Source of the DNA: a virus
Taxonomy: Duplodnaviria > Caudoviricetes
Virus record (IMG/VR): IMGVR_UViG_3300012942_000015
Coordinates: 1 to 43,587 of that record
DNA: 43,587 nucleotides
Reading direction: 5' to 3' (one strand)
Positions 1 to 7,302 of the stretch are shown piece after piece (positions within the stretch are counted from its first letter, which is position 1; the number at the start of each line of letters is the position of its first letter). Made by a program: the position numbers and the translations under genes. Under the pieces are notes generated by a model, which worked only from the letters and a program-made list of their open reading frames with translations, did no database searches and was not told the DNA's origin.

Positions 1-123
1 GACTCGTGGACGCTCGTCTCGGAATGGGAGTCTGGCCGGTGTGCCTCCGTGATCGACGTCACTCGCGCCAGCACGCCGCTCCGGAAACCGGCAGGTTCTT
101 GGTTCGAGTCCAAGTGGGGGAGC
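1..123. repeat. Left copy of 123-bp terminal direct repeat (circular assembly overlap)
   Basis: Identical to 43465-43587; the repressor reading frame runs continuously across the join. Confidence 0.95.
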
Positions 124-401
124 TCCTTCGGCCCGGTCTTTTCGAAGACCGGGCCTTTTTCGTATCTGAGCCACTCGAGCCGCGCGCCCGTCGCATAGGC
201 GATCGCACTCAGGACGGTGTCCTTCGGTCGCTGATTGCCTGCCTCGTACTTCGCGAGCGTGCCGCGATCGGTTCCGATGATCCGCGCGAACTCTGTCTTG
301 TGCGTACCGAAGCCGACAATTTCGCGGACCTTCCGAATGCGATCGCCCACATGGAACGGCGACTCATCCCAGGGATTGTGGAGTGGCGTCACGTTGCTCA
401 T
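1..401 (-). CDS. Immunity repressor, Xre/cI-type HTH; 5' part (ATG at 401). Continues across the circular join to TAA at 43425; 146 aa in total
   Basis: Manual translation: MSNVTPLHNPWDESPFHVGDRIRKVREIVGFGTHKTEFARIIGTDRGTLAKYEAGNQRPKDTVLSAIAYATGARLEWLRYEKG... Typical HTH_3 pattern, divergent from a cro/xis-like gene, upstream of the integrase. Not in the ORF track. Confidence 0.9.
   Translation of the reverse strand, partial: MSNVTPLHNPWDESPFHVGDRIRKVREIVGFGTHKTEFARIIGTDRGTLAKYEAGNQRPKDTVLSAIAYATGARLEWLRYEKGPVFEKTGPKELPHLDSNQEPAGFRSGVLARVTSITEAHRPDSHSETSVHE
86..123 (+). other. attP common core: 3' half of a tRNA, probably tRNA-Asn(GTT)
   Basis: AACCGGCAGGTTCTTGGTTCGAGTCCAAGTGGGGGAGC reads as anticodon 3' stem CCGGC, variable loop, T arm CTTGG-TTCGAGT-CCAAG, acceptor strand TGGGGGA and discriminator G. 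No 5' half. Asn identity is recalled from actinobacterial tRNAs, not searched. Confidence 0.85.
130..160 (+). terminator. Intrinsic terminator just after the att core; would terminate the reconstituted tRNA in the prophage
   Basis: GGCCCGGTCTT-TTCG-AAGACCGGGCC perfect 11-bp stem followed by TTTTT. Confidence 0.85.
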
Positions 402-418
402 ATGTCGATGTTACGACA
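402..418 (-). promoter_or_regulatory. Leaderless repressor promoter (-10 TAACAT) inside a palindromic operator candidate
   Basis: TAACAT (413-408) is 6 nt before the ATG at 401; TGTCG-N6-CGACA palindrome (403-418) straddles it. Confidence 0.65.
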
Positions 419-473
419 AGCGCGGCGATGCCGCAATAACGCGCTAAAGCAAGACACGCCGATAAATCGACGC

Positions 474-507
474 TTGCGGAAAAACGACAAAACCGTACAC
501 TCGCCAT
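474..507 (+). promoter_or_regulatory. Leaderless early lytic promoter
   Basis: TTGCGG (474-479), 16 nt, TACACT (496-501), 6 nt, GTG start at 508; an ACGACAA half-site between the boxes also occurs at 413-419. Confidence 0.7.
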
Positions 508-738
508 GTGACGAAAAACCCGCAAGTGCTGATTTCGACGCGAGAAGCTGCCGCGATCCTCAAGGAGGATCCTCGCAGCGTCCAGCGCAAAGCATCCGCA
601 GGCACGCTCCCATTCGTCCAGAAAATGCCTGGCGCGAAGGGTGCCTACATCTTCGACGAGGCCTCGATCCGCAAGTTCAAGGAAATCGCGGATAAGGAAT
701 CCGCCGCGCTCGCCGAGGACGATGGGGACGAGCAGTGA
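508..738 (+). CDS. Cro/Xis-like helix-turn-helix DNA-binding protein
   Basis: LISTREAAAILKEDPRSVQRKASAGTLP...GAYIFD is an HTH_17/MerR-like pattern; divergent from the repressor. Confidence 0.8.
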   Translation: MTKNPQVLISTREAAAILKEDPRSVQRKASAGTLPFVQKMPGAKGAYIFDEASIRKFKEIADKESAALAEDDGDEQ

Positions 739-1244
739 TCGTCCCGGTTAGCGAAGCAGATAGTCGAGCTGCGCACGTAGACGAGATGGCTCGTCGGTCT
801 CGTACAGCAGCCACGGAACGGCGTGCCCAGTCTCAGGTCGTGCTGGCACAAACTTCGCGCGGCACCAGACGGCCACGCCTTGTGTCTGCAGTTCGGCGAT
901 CGGCTCTTCTATCGCTTTCGCCTCTCGCTCCGTCGCGTACGCGATCGCACGGCCCCCGAGGAACAGTCCCAGCGTGGACTGGTCTTCGGGCGGATCAGAC
1001 ACGCGCCGCAGCTGTAATAGAAGGTTCGGCTGTTCGAAAGCCGTGCGGCCATCTACGGCCAGCGGCGCCGGCCATTCTTTCGACTCCGCCGCGGATCGGA
1101 TCTCGCGCAACCAGCCCGCTGGTCCCGGCACCAAATCGGCCGTATGCCACGAGCGCACCGGCGTATCCAACACATACACGTCTCCAAGCAACATGCGCAC
1201 ATCCTTCACCAACTGCGCTCGCCGAGGGTGAGGTGCAGCAGTGA
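735..1244 (+). CDS. Possible bridge ORF antisense to 748-1194
   Basis: GTGA overlaps with neighbours at both ends; Arg/Pro-rich product that is not obviously protein-like. Confidence 0.35.
   Translation: MIVPVSEADSRAAHVDEMARRSRTAATERRAQSQVVLAQTSRGTRRPRLVSAVRRSALLSLSPLAPSRTRSHGPRGTVPAWTGLRADQTRAAAVIEGSAVRKPCGHLRPAAPAILSTPPRIGSRATSPLVPAPNRPYATSAPAYPTHTRLQATCAHPSPTALAEGEVQQ
748..1194 (-). CDS. Hypothetical protein, possibly HIRAN-like
   Basis: Globular composition; QLRRVSDPPEDQSTLGLFLGGRAIAYATEREAKAI resembles the HIRAN pattern. ATG at 1194 follows AAGGA; alternative starts at 1209 and 1212. Confidence 0.6.
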   Translation of the reverse strand: MLLGDVYVLDTPVRSWHTADLVPGPAGWLREIRSAAESKEWPAPLAVDGRTAFEQPNLLLQLRRVSDPPEDQSTLGLFLGGRAIAYATEREAKAIEEPIAELQTQGVAVWCRAKFVPARPETGHAVPWLLYETDEPSRLRAQLDYLLR

Positions 1245-1516
1245 TCTATCTGAAGTCGTTCGTGCTTGTCGGTGTGCTGTTCATTCCGTGGGCTCTGCGG
1301 GATCCTCAGTCTCTTCTTGCCACGCTTCCATGTCTCGGAGTGTTCGTCGCTCTAGTCGTCTCCATCTGCGCCATCGGCGAGGCATCGGAGTTCCTGCTTC
1401 AGCGGAGGACGGGAACGGCCAGGAGAACGGCAGCGCGTTCAGCCGCACGGTCACGGTCCGCCGCGGAACCGTCAACCAGGTCAGCTTTCTCGGGGCGTGG
1501 AGGTACTGCACGATGA
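1241..1516 (+). CDS. Possible small membrane protein or bridge ORF
   Basis: GTGA and ATGA overlaps at its ends, GAGGTG SD-like sequence upstream, two hydrophobic N-terminal segments. Confidence 0.4.
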   Translation: MIYLKSFVLVGVLFIPWALRDPQSLLATLPCLGVFVALVVSICAIGEASEFLLQRRTGTARRTAARSAARSRSAAEPSTRSAFSGRGGTAR

Positions 1517-1874
1517 GCTCCGCCGAATCCATGTCATCCCGCTTCAGTGCGATGAAGATCCGCATCGATCGCCCTGCCTCCAGTTGCGGCACCCGCTGCG
1601 CCCACCGGCTCCCGTGGATCTCATCTGGCCGCTTCAACGGCGTGGTGACGTCGCATAAGTGCCCGATGAGGCTGACATCGAACGCCGTCCCATCGCCGGC
1701 ATTCGTAACCTCAACCCACAACTCCGTGTGGCCCTCGACCGGGCTGAGGAATGAACGGTCCGTCGACAACGCGTCGAACACGAGTCGTGGCCTCGGCCGA
1801 TCCCACCATCGGATCCCCAACGTCACCGCCGCTGACACCAACGCTGCTGTCGGCACGACTTGCCACCACTCCAC
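1281..1874 (-). CDS. Membrane-anchored hypothetical protein, leaderless
   Basis: GTG at 1874 is 7 nt after TAGGCT; N-terminal TM segment WWQVVPTAALVSAAVTLGIRWW, then a beta-rich domain (VEVTNAGDGTAFDV). Confidence 0.7.
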   Translation of the reverse strand: MEWWQVVPTAALVSAAVTLGIRWWDRPRPRLVFDALSTDRSFLSPVEGHTELWVEVTNAGDGTAFDVSLIGHLCDVTTPLKRPDEIHGSRWAQRVPQLEAGRSMRIFIALKRDDMDSAELIVQYLHAPRKLTWLTVPRRTVTVRLNALPFSWPFPSSAEAGTPMPRRWRRWRRLERRTLRDMEAWQEETEDPAEPTE

Positions 1875-1929
1875 GTACGAGAGCCTAAGGGCGCTCGCGG
1901 CCATCGCCGAGGGCGAGGCGCAGCAATGA
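1513..1929 (+). CDS. Possible bridge ORF antisense to 1281-1874
   Basis: ATGA overlaps at 1513-1516 and 1926-1929; ends AEGEAQQ like the 735-1244 ORF (AEGEVQQ). Confidence 0.3.
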   Translation: MSSAESMSSRFSAMKIRIDRPASSCGTRCAHRLPWISSGRFNGVVTSHKCPMRLTSNAVPSPAFVTSTHNSVWPSTGLRNERSVDNASNTSRGLGRSHHRIPNVTAADTNAAVGTTCHHSTYESLRALAAIAEGEAQQ

Positions 1930-2507
1930 GCGCAAAGCTGATGGTGAGCCTGCGTGGCCCGGTGCGGCGGGAGTGGTCAGTTCTGCTTGCGGGCGATCTC
2001 TTCGATAGCGCGAGCGAGATCTCGGACGGCCTCCGCGAGGTATCGGGTCCCGTAGTCCTTGGAATTGTTGACGGCGTTGTCTGCAGCGCGCTTGGCGCGA
2101 CTGGCGTATGTGACGGCGGTGCTGTTGGACATGAAGATGTTCCTCCTGCGGTCGACGGTCAGGTGCGGGATACACCTGATGCCGTCACGAAGACCGTACG
2201 AGGGACCGCCGACACCGAACCCTCCTGCGGCGGTGTTGGCAGGCGCGCCGGGTCGAGCTCACCGGGCTCCCCGGCGCGCCCCGACTTCCTCAAGCAGGTC
2301 CACGACTCCGGCGTGCATATCGAAGAGCTCGGCCATTCTCTGGTCGAGTTCACCAAGAACTCCTCGGTCACGAGTCGCGGCACCCTCCCGCGCAGCGCGT
2401 CCGAGGCTACTGGCGCACCCGAATGCGCCGGTACACCCGCGTCGGCGGCCGGACCCGCAGCCGACCCGAACCCCTACGGTTCCGGCCCCGACGCGGAGAC
2501 ACGGTGA
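1926..2507 (+). CDS. Hypothetical or bridge ORF spanning the antisense gene 1977-2132
   Basis: ATGA start overlap; GTGA end overlap with the antirepressor frame. Confidence 0.4.
   Translation: MSAKLMVSLRGPVRREWSVLLAGDLFDSASEISDGLREVSGPVVLGIVDGVVCSALGATGVCDGGAVGHEDVPPAVDGQVRDTPDAVTKTVRGTADTEPSCGGVGRRAGSSSPGSPARPDFLKQVHDSGVHIEELGHSLVEFTKNSSVTSRGTLPRSASEATGAPECAGTPASAAGPAADPNPYGSGPDAETR
1977..2132 (-). CDS. Small 51-aa helical protein (not in ORF track)
   Basis: MSNSTAVTYASRAKRAADNAVNNSKDYGTRYLAEAVRDLARAIEEIARKQN; strong AGGAGG RBS; candidate -10 TACGGT at 2198-2193 and a 5' hairpin at about 2154-2186. Confidence 0.7.
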   Translation of the reverse strand: MSNSTAVTYASRAKRAADNAVNNSKDYGTRYLAEAVRDLARAIEEIARKQN

Positions 2508-3244
2508 TAGCGATGGCCGCGCGCACGGATCGTCCGATCATCCCGTTCCGGTGGGTGGGGCACCACGTCGACATCTGCGCTGTGCACACTGAGTTCGAGG
2601 TGCGGTTCATCGCCCGCGACATTCTCGACGCTGTCGGCCTCGACGTCGACGCGACGCTCGGCGCGCAACCATCGCATGAGGGCTTCCTCGAGGAGCACGC
2701 CGACGCGACCGCGTGGACGTTGGACGAGATCCGCACCGTGCTCGACCCGATCGCGTCGACGCCGCTCGCCCGCGAGCTGATGACATGGCTCGCTGCGCGT
2801 GCTGCAGAGGTCGACGCGATGCGGCACATGCAGCACGAAGCACCGCAGCGGCCGCCCGTGCTGCTGCCCACAGTGGATCCCGCCGCGGTCCCGGACACCG
2901 TGCCCGCCGTGGATGAGCCGCGCACCTGGTCGGTCGCGCAGACGGCGCGGATCCTGTCGCGGGACCCGTCGATCCAGATCGGGCAGCAAGGACTCTTCGA
3001 CTGGTTGCACGTGCACGCATGGATCGACAAGCGCGGCGAGGTGTGGATCCCGAACCGCGACGTCGTGTTCATCGGCTACCTCACCCGCCTGGACCGCAAG
3101 ATCCCCGGTCACCACGACCTCTACCCGCAGGTGCTGATCACGGAGCTCGGCATCCAGGCGCTGCACCAGCGCATGGGCGGCACCGCAGACCTCGACCTGA
3201 ACCGCCACCAGCTGATGCTCGTCGAAGACGGAGACACGCAATGA
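2504..3244 (+). CDS. Antirepressor (Bro-N-like N-terminus, ANT/KilAC C-terminus)
   Basis: FIARDILDAVG at the N-terminus; WSVAQTARILSRDPSIQIGQQGLFDWL...PQVLITELGIQAL is typical of KilAC. Start at 2504 or 2513. Confidence 0.8.
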   Translation: MIAMAARTDRPIIPFRWVGHHVDICAVHTEFEVRFIARDILDAVGLDVDATLGAQPSHEGFLEEHADATAWTLDEIRTVLDPIASTPLARELMTWLAARAAEVDAMRHMQHEAPQRPPVLLPTVDPAAVPDTVPAVDEPRTWSVAQTARILSRDPSIQIGQQGLFDWLHVHAWIDKRGEVWIPNRDVVFIGYLTRLDRKIPGHHDLYPQVLITELGIQALHQRMGGTADLDLNRHQLMLVEDGDTQ

Positions 3245-3429
3245 CCACCACCCCGCACCCGTCACCACGGCCACGCCCGCACGGCCGCCGAGCGCTCGCC
3301 GCCGTCGTCCTCCTGGCCGTGTTCCTGCTCCCGGCCGTCCTGATCGGCACCGGGCAGTGGTGGCTGCTGGTCATCCTCGCGCTCGCGTTGTGGGTCGTCG
3401 TCATCAGGGGACGCCTGTGGCGACCGTGA
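3241..3429 (+). CDS. Small membrane protein
   Basis: ATGA overlap; two TM segments. Confidence 0.7.
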   Translation: MTTTPHPSPRPRPHGRRALAAVVLLAVFLLPAVLIGTGQWWLLVILALALWVVVIRGRLWRP

Positions 3430-3523
3430 TCAGTCGCCTCATCGTCGCGTACCAGCACGCGACGTCCCGCCCCAGGCACCGTCTCACACCCGCTCACCGA
3501 CCCCGATACCGCAGGAGCACCCG

Positions 3524-3805
3524 ATGACCTCACCAGCAGTCGCGCTGACCACGGAGTACGTCCTCACTCTCACCGCGGTCGCTGCGATCGGGGAAGTGCC
3601 TGACCGGGACATGCCGGAGGCGGATGCGATGGCACACATCGCCGCGCACACGCAGGACCAGAAGCTCGTCACGTTCACGATCCGCTCCAGCGACGTATTC
3701 GTTCTCGACGACCCTCTCCTGCACCTCGACTGCAAGCAAGTGCTGGACTGCTTCGCCGGCGCGGTCTCCCGCGCCACCGCGCTCGCGTCCACGGGCCAGC
3801 TCTGA
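3524..3805 (+). CDS. Hypothetical protein
   Basis: AGGAG RBS; GC-rich third positions; coupled to the next gene. Confidence 0.75.
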   Translation: MTSPAVALTTEYVLTLTAVAAIGEVPDRDMPEADAMAHIAAHTQDQKLVTFTIRSSDVFVLDDPLLHLDCKQVLDCFAGAVSRATALASTGQL

Positions 3806-4020
3806 TGCCGACCGTGGAGGTGACCGTCACGGTCTGGATCTGCAACCTGTGCGGCCGCACGGTGACCAGCAAGGGGCCGGCGCTGCTCGCCGCTCAGGAG
3901 TTCATCGACGTGCTCCGGTGGCTGCAGCTCGACGTCGACACGGTCTTCTGCGACCGGTGCCGGCACACGCGGGAGGTCGTCGACGCGCTCCTCCAACGGC
4001 AGAGGGCCGGCGCCGTATGA
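3805..4020 (+). CDS. Small putative Zn-binding protein
   Basis: CNLC and CDRC pairs; TGATG overlap. Confidence 0.7.
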   Translation: MPTVEVTVTVWICNLCGRTVTSKGPALLAAQEFIDVLRWLQLDVDTVFCDRCRHTREVVDALLQRQRAGAV

Positions 4021-4100
4021 GCGCCGCACTCCGCTACCTCACCGCGGCCGCGTTCGGCGCACTGCTCGCCGCGATCGTCTTCCGAATCCTGACCCAGTAG
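4017..4100 (+). CDS. 27-aa single-TM peptide
   Basis: ATGA overlap; MSAALRYLTAAAFGALLAAIVFRILTQ. Confidence 0.55.
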   Translation: MSAALRYLTAAAFGALLAAIVFRILTQ

Positions 4101-4110
4101 GAGGCCACCT

Positions 4111-5346
4111 GTGCCCACGACCGCTCCCGACCAGGCAGTCGACTACACCACACTCACCGACAAGCAACTCCGCGGCCTCTACGCCAAGGGCATCCGCAAC
4201 AAGCACACCAGGCGCGCGAACGCCGACTACCAACGCGCACGCCTGGCGCTCAAGCGTGGCGATGTCGCCACGTCGAAGACCTCGGGCGGAGGTGAGGACA
4301 TCGCCGCCCATTCGGCCAACGAAGGCGACACCGCAGCGGCCGCGCCCGCCGGGTTGGGGGCAACCACCGGAACGCCGGAGCCAGACGCCGCGCCGCGCAA
4401 CCTCACCCCGCCCGAGCCGGCCAAAACCACACCGCCACGGCCGGCGAACCAGGTGAACATGACCGCCTCCACCGGCACCGTACGCCGGCTCCGCGGCCTC
4501 GCCGTCATCGGCATCACCCCGGACCGCATCGCCGAGCTCACCCGCATCCGCCTCAGCGACATCTGGTGGCTGCTCATGAAGCCCCCGGCCGGCATCCCCG
4601 TCGCCGTCCACAACAGGGTCGCCGAAACCTTCAAGACGCTCCGCACCCAGCCCGTCACACCCGAGCCGAAGACCATCGGGGGCGCCGCGGCCGCGCAGAT
4701 CATCGCGCTCGCCGACGACCAGAAGTGGCCGGGCCCGTTCGACTGGGACCGCATCGACGCCGACCTCGCACCGGTCGCCACCCACCGGCACCGCGACCAG
4801 GCCGTCCTCCAAGCGGCGATCGACGAAACCAGCATCCACCCCATCCCAGCAGTCGTCGACACGGCCGCGCTCGCCACGGAACGCGAACGCGCCGACGCCG
4901 CCGATAAGCGTTCGGCAGACCTGCAGGCGCAGCTGCAGCGCGCCCAGGACCTCGCCGCCGAGCTCCGGAAGACTGCGGGCTCGCGCGCCCTCGTCATCGA
5001 TGGGCTGAAGCACGACGTCGATCAGGAACGTCACCTGGTGGCCGAGCTGCGCGCCACGATCGAATCCCAGGTCCGCACCATCGGGGATCTCCGCGACGAC
5101 CTCAAGCACGCCCAGTCGGACTACGAGACGGCCGTGAAGGCCGGCGACGCGCTCCTAACCGAGAAGCAGCGGCTGGAAGCCGTCCTCGCCACTACCGACC
5201 TCCAGGCGGCCGCACAGCGCGCCGACGACAGCACACCCGTCGAGGTCGACAGCTCGAGCACGATCATGCGCGAGCTCCGCAAACTGATCGCCCCGCTGTC
5301 CGTGTCCGGCATCACCATGCACGTCACCATCGGGGAACCCCGATGA
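4111..5346 (+). CDS. Hypothetical protein with central HTH-like region and C-terminal coiled coil
   Basis: AGGAGG RBS; GTVRRLRGLAVIGITPDRIAELT; long heptad region. Confidence 0.75.
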   Translation: MPTTAPDQAVDYTTLTDKQLRGLYAKGIRNKHTRRANADYQRARLALKRGDVATSKTSGGGEDIAAHSANEGDTAAAAPAGLGATTGTPEPDAAPRNLTPPEPAKTTPPRPANQVNMTASTGTVRRLRGLAVIGITPDRIAELTRIRLSDIWWLLMKPPAGIPVAVHNRVAETFKTLRTQPVTPEPKTIGGAAAAQIIALADDQKWPGPFDWDRIDADLAPVATHRHRDQAVLQAAIDETSIHPIPAVVDTAALATERERADAADKRSADLQAQLQRAQDLAAELRKTAGSRALVIDGLKHDVDQERHLVAELRATIESQVRTIGDLRDDLKHAQSDYETAVKAGDALLTEKQRLEAVLATTDLQAAAQRADDSTPVEVDSSSTIMRELRKLIAPLSVSGITMHVTIGEPR

Positions 5347-5594
5347 CACGCAACCGCGCACAGCACCGACGCGACCGGGCCAACCCGCACGCCGACTTCG
5401 AATTCCCGCCACGCAGGCAGGCACGCCGCGGCGACCGATGGTGGGTGCGCCGTTCCCCACGCGGCACCTGGCTCGCCGGACCGAAACGCTACCGCGTCTA
5501 CGTCGACCCCGCCTGCCTGCACCTCTACCTCGAATTCGCCACCTGGACCGACGCCCTCGCCTTCGCGTTCACAAGAGCAGGTGCACGCCGATGA
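5343..5594 (+). CDS. Hypothetical protein
   Basis: ATGA overlaps at both ends. Confidence 0.65.
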   Translation: MTRNRAQHRRDRANPHADFEFPPRRQARRGDRWWVRRSPRGTWLAGPKRYRVYVDPACLHLYLEFATWTDALAFAFTRAGARR

Positions 5595-6412
5595 AGCCGC
5601 CGTTCCCATACTTCGGCGGCAAGACCCGCCTGGCCGAGCGGATCGTCGAACGATTCCCCGAGCACCTCCACTACGTCGAGCCGTTCTTCGGCGCCGGCAG
5701 CATCCTGCTCGCGAAGCCGATCTCCGCGACGGAGACCGTCAACGACATCGACGGCGACGTCGTCTGCTTCTTCCAAATCCTCCGCGATCGCCCCGACGAG
5801 CTCGAGCGTGTCTGCGCTCTCACCCCTCACTCGCGCGCCGAGTACGAGACCTCAAAGTCCCGCGACCAGGTGGACGAGCTCGAGCGTGCACGACGCGTAT
5901 TTGTCCACCTCACGCAGTCCCGCGCCTCCACACTTCGCCCCACCGGCTGGCACCACCGCCTGGACTCGCACCGCGGCGACGCCGCGCGCTCGCGACCCCG
6001 ATACCTCCACACCCTCACCGACCGATTCGCCGGCATCGCGGAACGCCTGCTCAACGTCACCTTCGAATGCCGCGACGGCATCGACGTGATCCGCGACTAC
6101 GGACGACGACCCGACGTGCTCCTCTACGTCGACCCGCCATACCTCCACACCTCGCGCAGCGCGCGCGGCGGATCCGGCGGCTACGCACACGAATTCGGGC
6201 GCGCCGACCAACACGCCGAGCTGCTCGACGCGCTCGCGGAATGCACAGCCGCCGTCATCGTGTCCGGGTACGACTCAGCCCTGTACCGCGACCGCCTCGC
6301 CACCTGGGAACGCACCAGCCTCATCGCCCTCGACGGCGCCGGTCAGAAACGCCAAGAAGTCATCTGGCAGAACCGTCCCGCCCACCCCGCACTATTCGAG
6401 GTCACAGCATGA
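5591..6412 (+). CDS. DNA adenine methyltransferase (D12/Dam-like)
   Basis: PFPYFGGK, YVEPFFGAGS (SAM binding), VNDIDG and catalytic YVDPPY. Confidence 0.92.
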   Translation: MKPPFPYFGGKTRLAERIVERFPEHLHYVEPFFGAGSILLAKPISATETVNDIDGDVVCFFQILRDRPDELERVCALTPHSRAEYETSKSRDQVDELERARRVFVHLTQSRASTLRPTGWHHRLDSHRGDAARSRPRYLHTLTDRFAGIAERLLNVTFECRDGIDVIRDYGRRPDVLLYVDPPYLHTSRSARGGSGGYAHEFGRADQHAELLDALAECTAAVIVSGYDSALYRDRLATWERTSLIALDGAGQKRQEVIWQNRPAHPALFEVTA

Positions 6413-7302
6413 GCAACCGCGCGATCACCTGGGCGTACCAGCAGGAGCTCAAGGGCGGCACGAAGTTCGTGCTCGTCACCCTCGCCGACATGGCCGACCA
6501 GGAACACTCCTGCATCCCCGGCATCAAGCTCCTATCCCGCCTCACCGGCTTCGGAGAGACCGCCGTCAAGAGCCACCTCGCGACGCTCACCGACGCCGGC
6601 CACATCCGCCGCGAGTCCCGCTTCCGCAAGGACGGATCCCGTACGTCCAGCCGCTACTACCTCAACGTCGACGGAGCACTCGACGCATCCAGAGACGACG
6701 CAGACCCCCAGTCGGAATCCGACTCTGGTGACGATCAGACCAAAGCCGGAATCCGACCGGGGGGTGGGTCGGAATCCGTCACACCTAAGTCCGGAATCCG
6801 ACCCCCCATTCTTGAACCCAAAGTTAACCCCCAGAAGGAACCCAAAGACATTAACGCCGATCCCGGCGAAACCGAGTTCGAGCTCATCGCCGTCAACGAC
6901 GTCATCGAAAACACGAACCTCCTCGAGATCGACTTCGACGACTTCTGGACACGCTGGCCACGCCACGACGGCAAGAAGGCCGCGCTCGCCGCGTGGACGA
7001 AGGCGATCAAACGTGCACCTGCCGAGGTGATCCTCGCGGCCGCCGCGGTCTACGCCGAGTCGCCGTGGCGTCCTGAGCGGCAGTTCGTGCCGCACGCGTC
7101 GACCTGGCTGAACGGCGATCGGTGGGACGACCCGCCGCCGGGACCGCCAGAGCAACGCGCCGCACCAGCGCCCGCTCACCGCCCGGCTGTGCAGGCCGGC
7201 CTCGACCTCGTCGCCCAGTTCGCCCAGGAGGAAGCTCATGAACCTCACCGAGACCGCGCAGCTCTTGACGATCGCGTCGACCCTGGACGGCATCAGGCGT
7301 GA
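6409..7302 (+). CDS. Replication initiator (N-terminal winged HTH, lambda O-like architecture)
   Basis: MSNRAITWAY...KFVLVTLADMAD...PGIKLLSRLTG; C-terminal FDDFWTRWPR...FVPHASTWLNGDRW; internal iterons. Confidence 0.85.
   Translation: MSNRAITWAYQQELKGGTKFVLVTLADMADQEHSCIPGIKLLSRLTGFGETAVKSHLATLTDAGHIRRESRFRKDGSRTSSRYYLNVDGALDASRDDADPQSESDSGDDQTKAGIRPGGGSESVTPKSGIRPPILEPKVNPQKEPKDINADPGETEFELIAVNDVIENTNLLEIDFDDFWTRWPRHDGKKAALAAWTKAIKRAPAEVILAAAAVYAESPWRPERQFVPHASTWLNGDRWDDPPPGPPEQRAAPAPAHRPAVQAGLDLVAQFAQEEAHEPHRDRAALDDRVDPGRHQA
6713..6856 (+). repeat. Probable replication origin: four CGGAATCCG iterons plus an A-rich tract
   Basis: Copies at 6713, 6747, 6770 and 6792, followed by an A-rich stretch with GAACCCAAAG twice, inside the initiator gene. 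Confidence 0.75.

Noticed and set aside
60-123. Intact tRNA gene
   Set aside because: Only the 3' half is present; no matching 5' acceptor strand, D arm or anticodon. It is the att core.
6-695. 229-aa plus-strand ORF
   Set aside because: Shadow of the repressor and divergent promoters; overlaps the cro-like gene; no recognisable motifs.
5591-6412. Restriction-modification system
   Set aside because: Orphan methylase in the replication operon with no adjacent endonuclease; common in phages.
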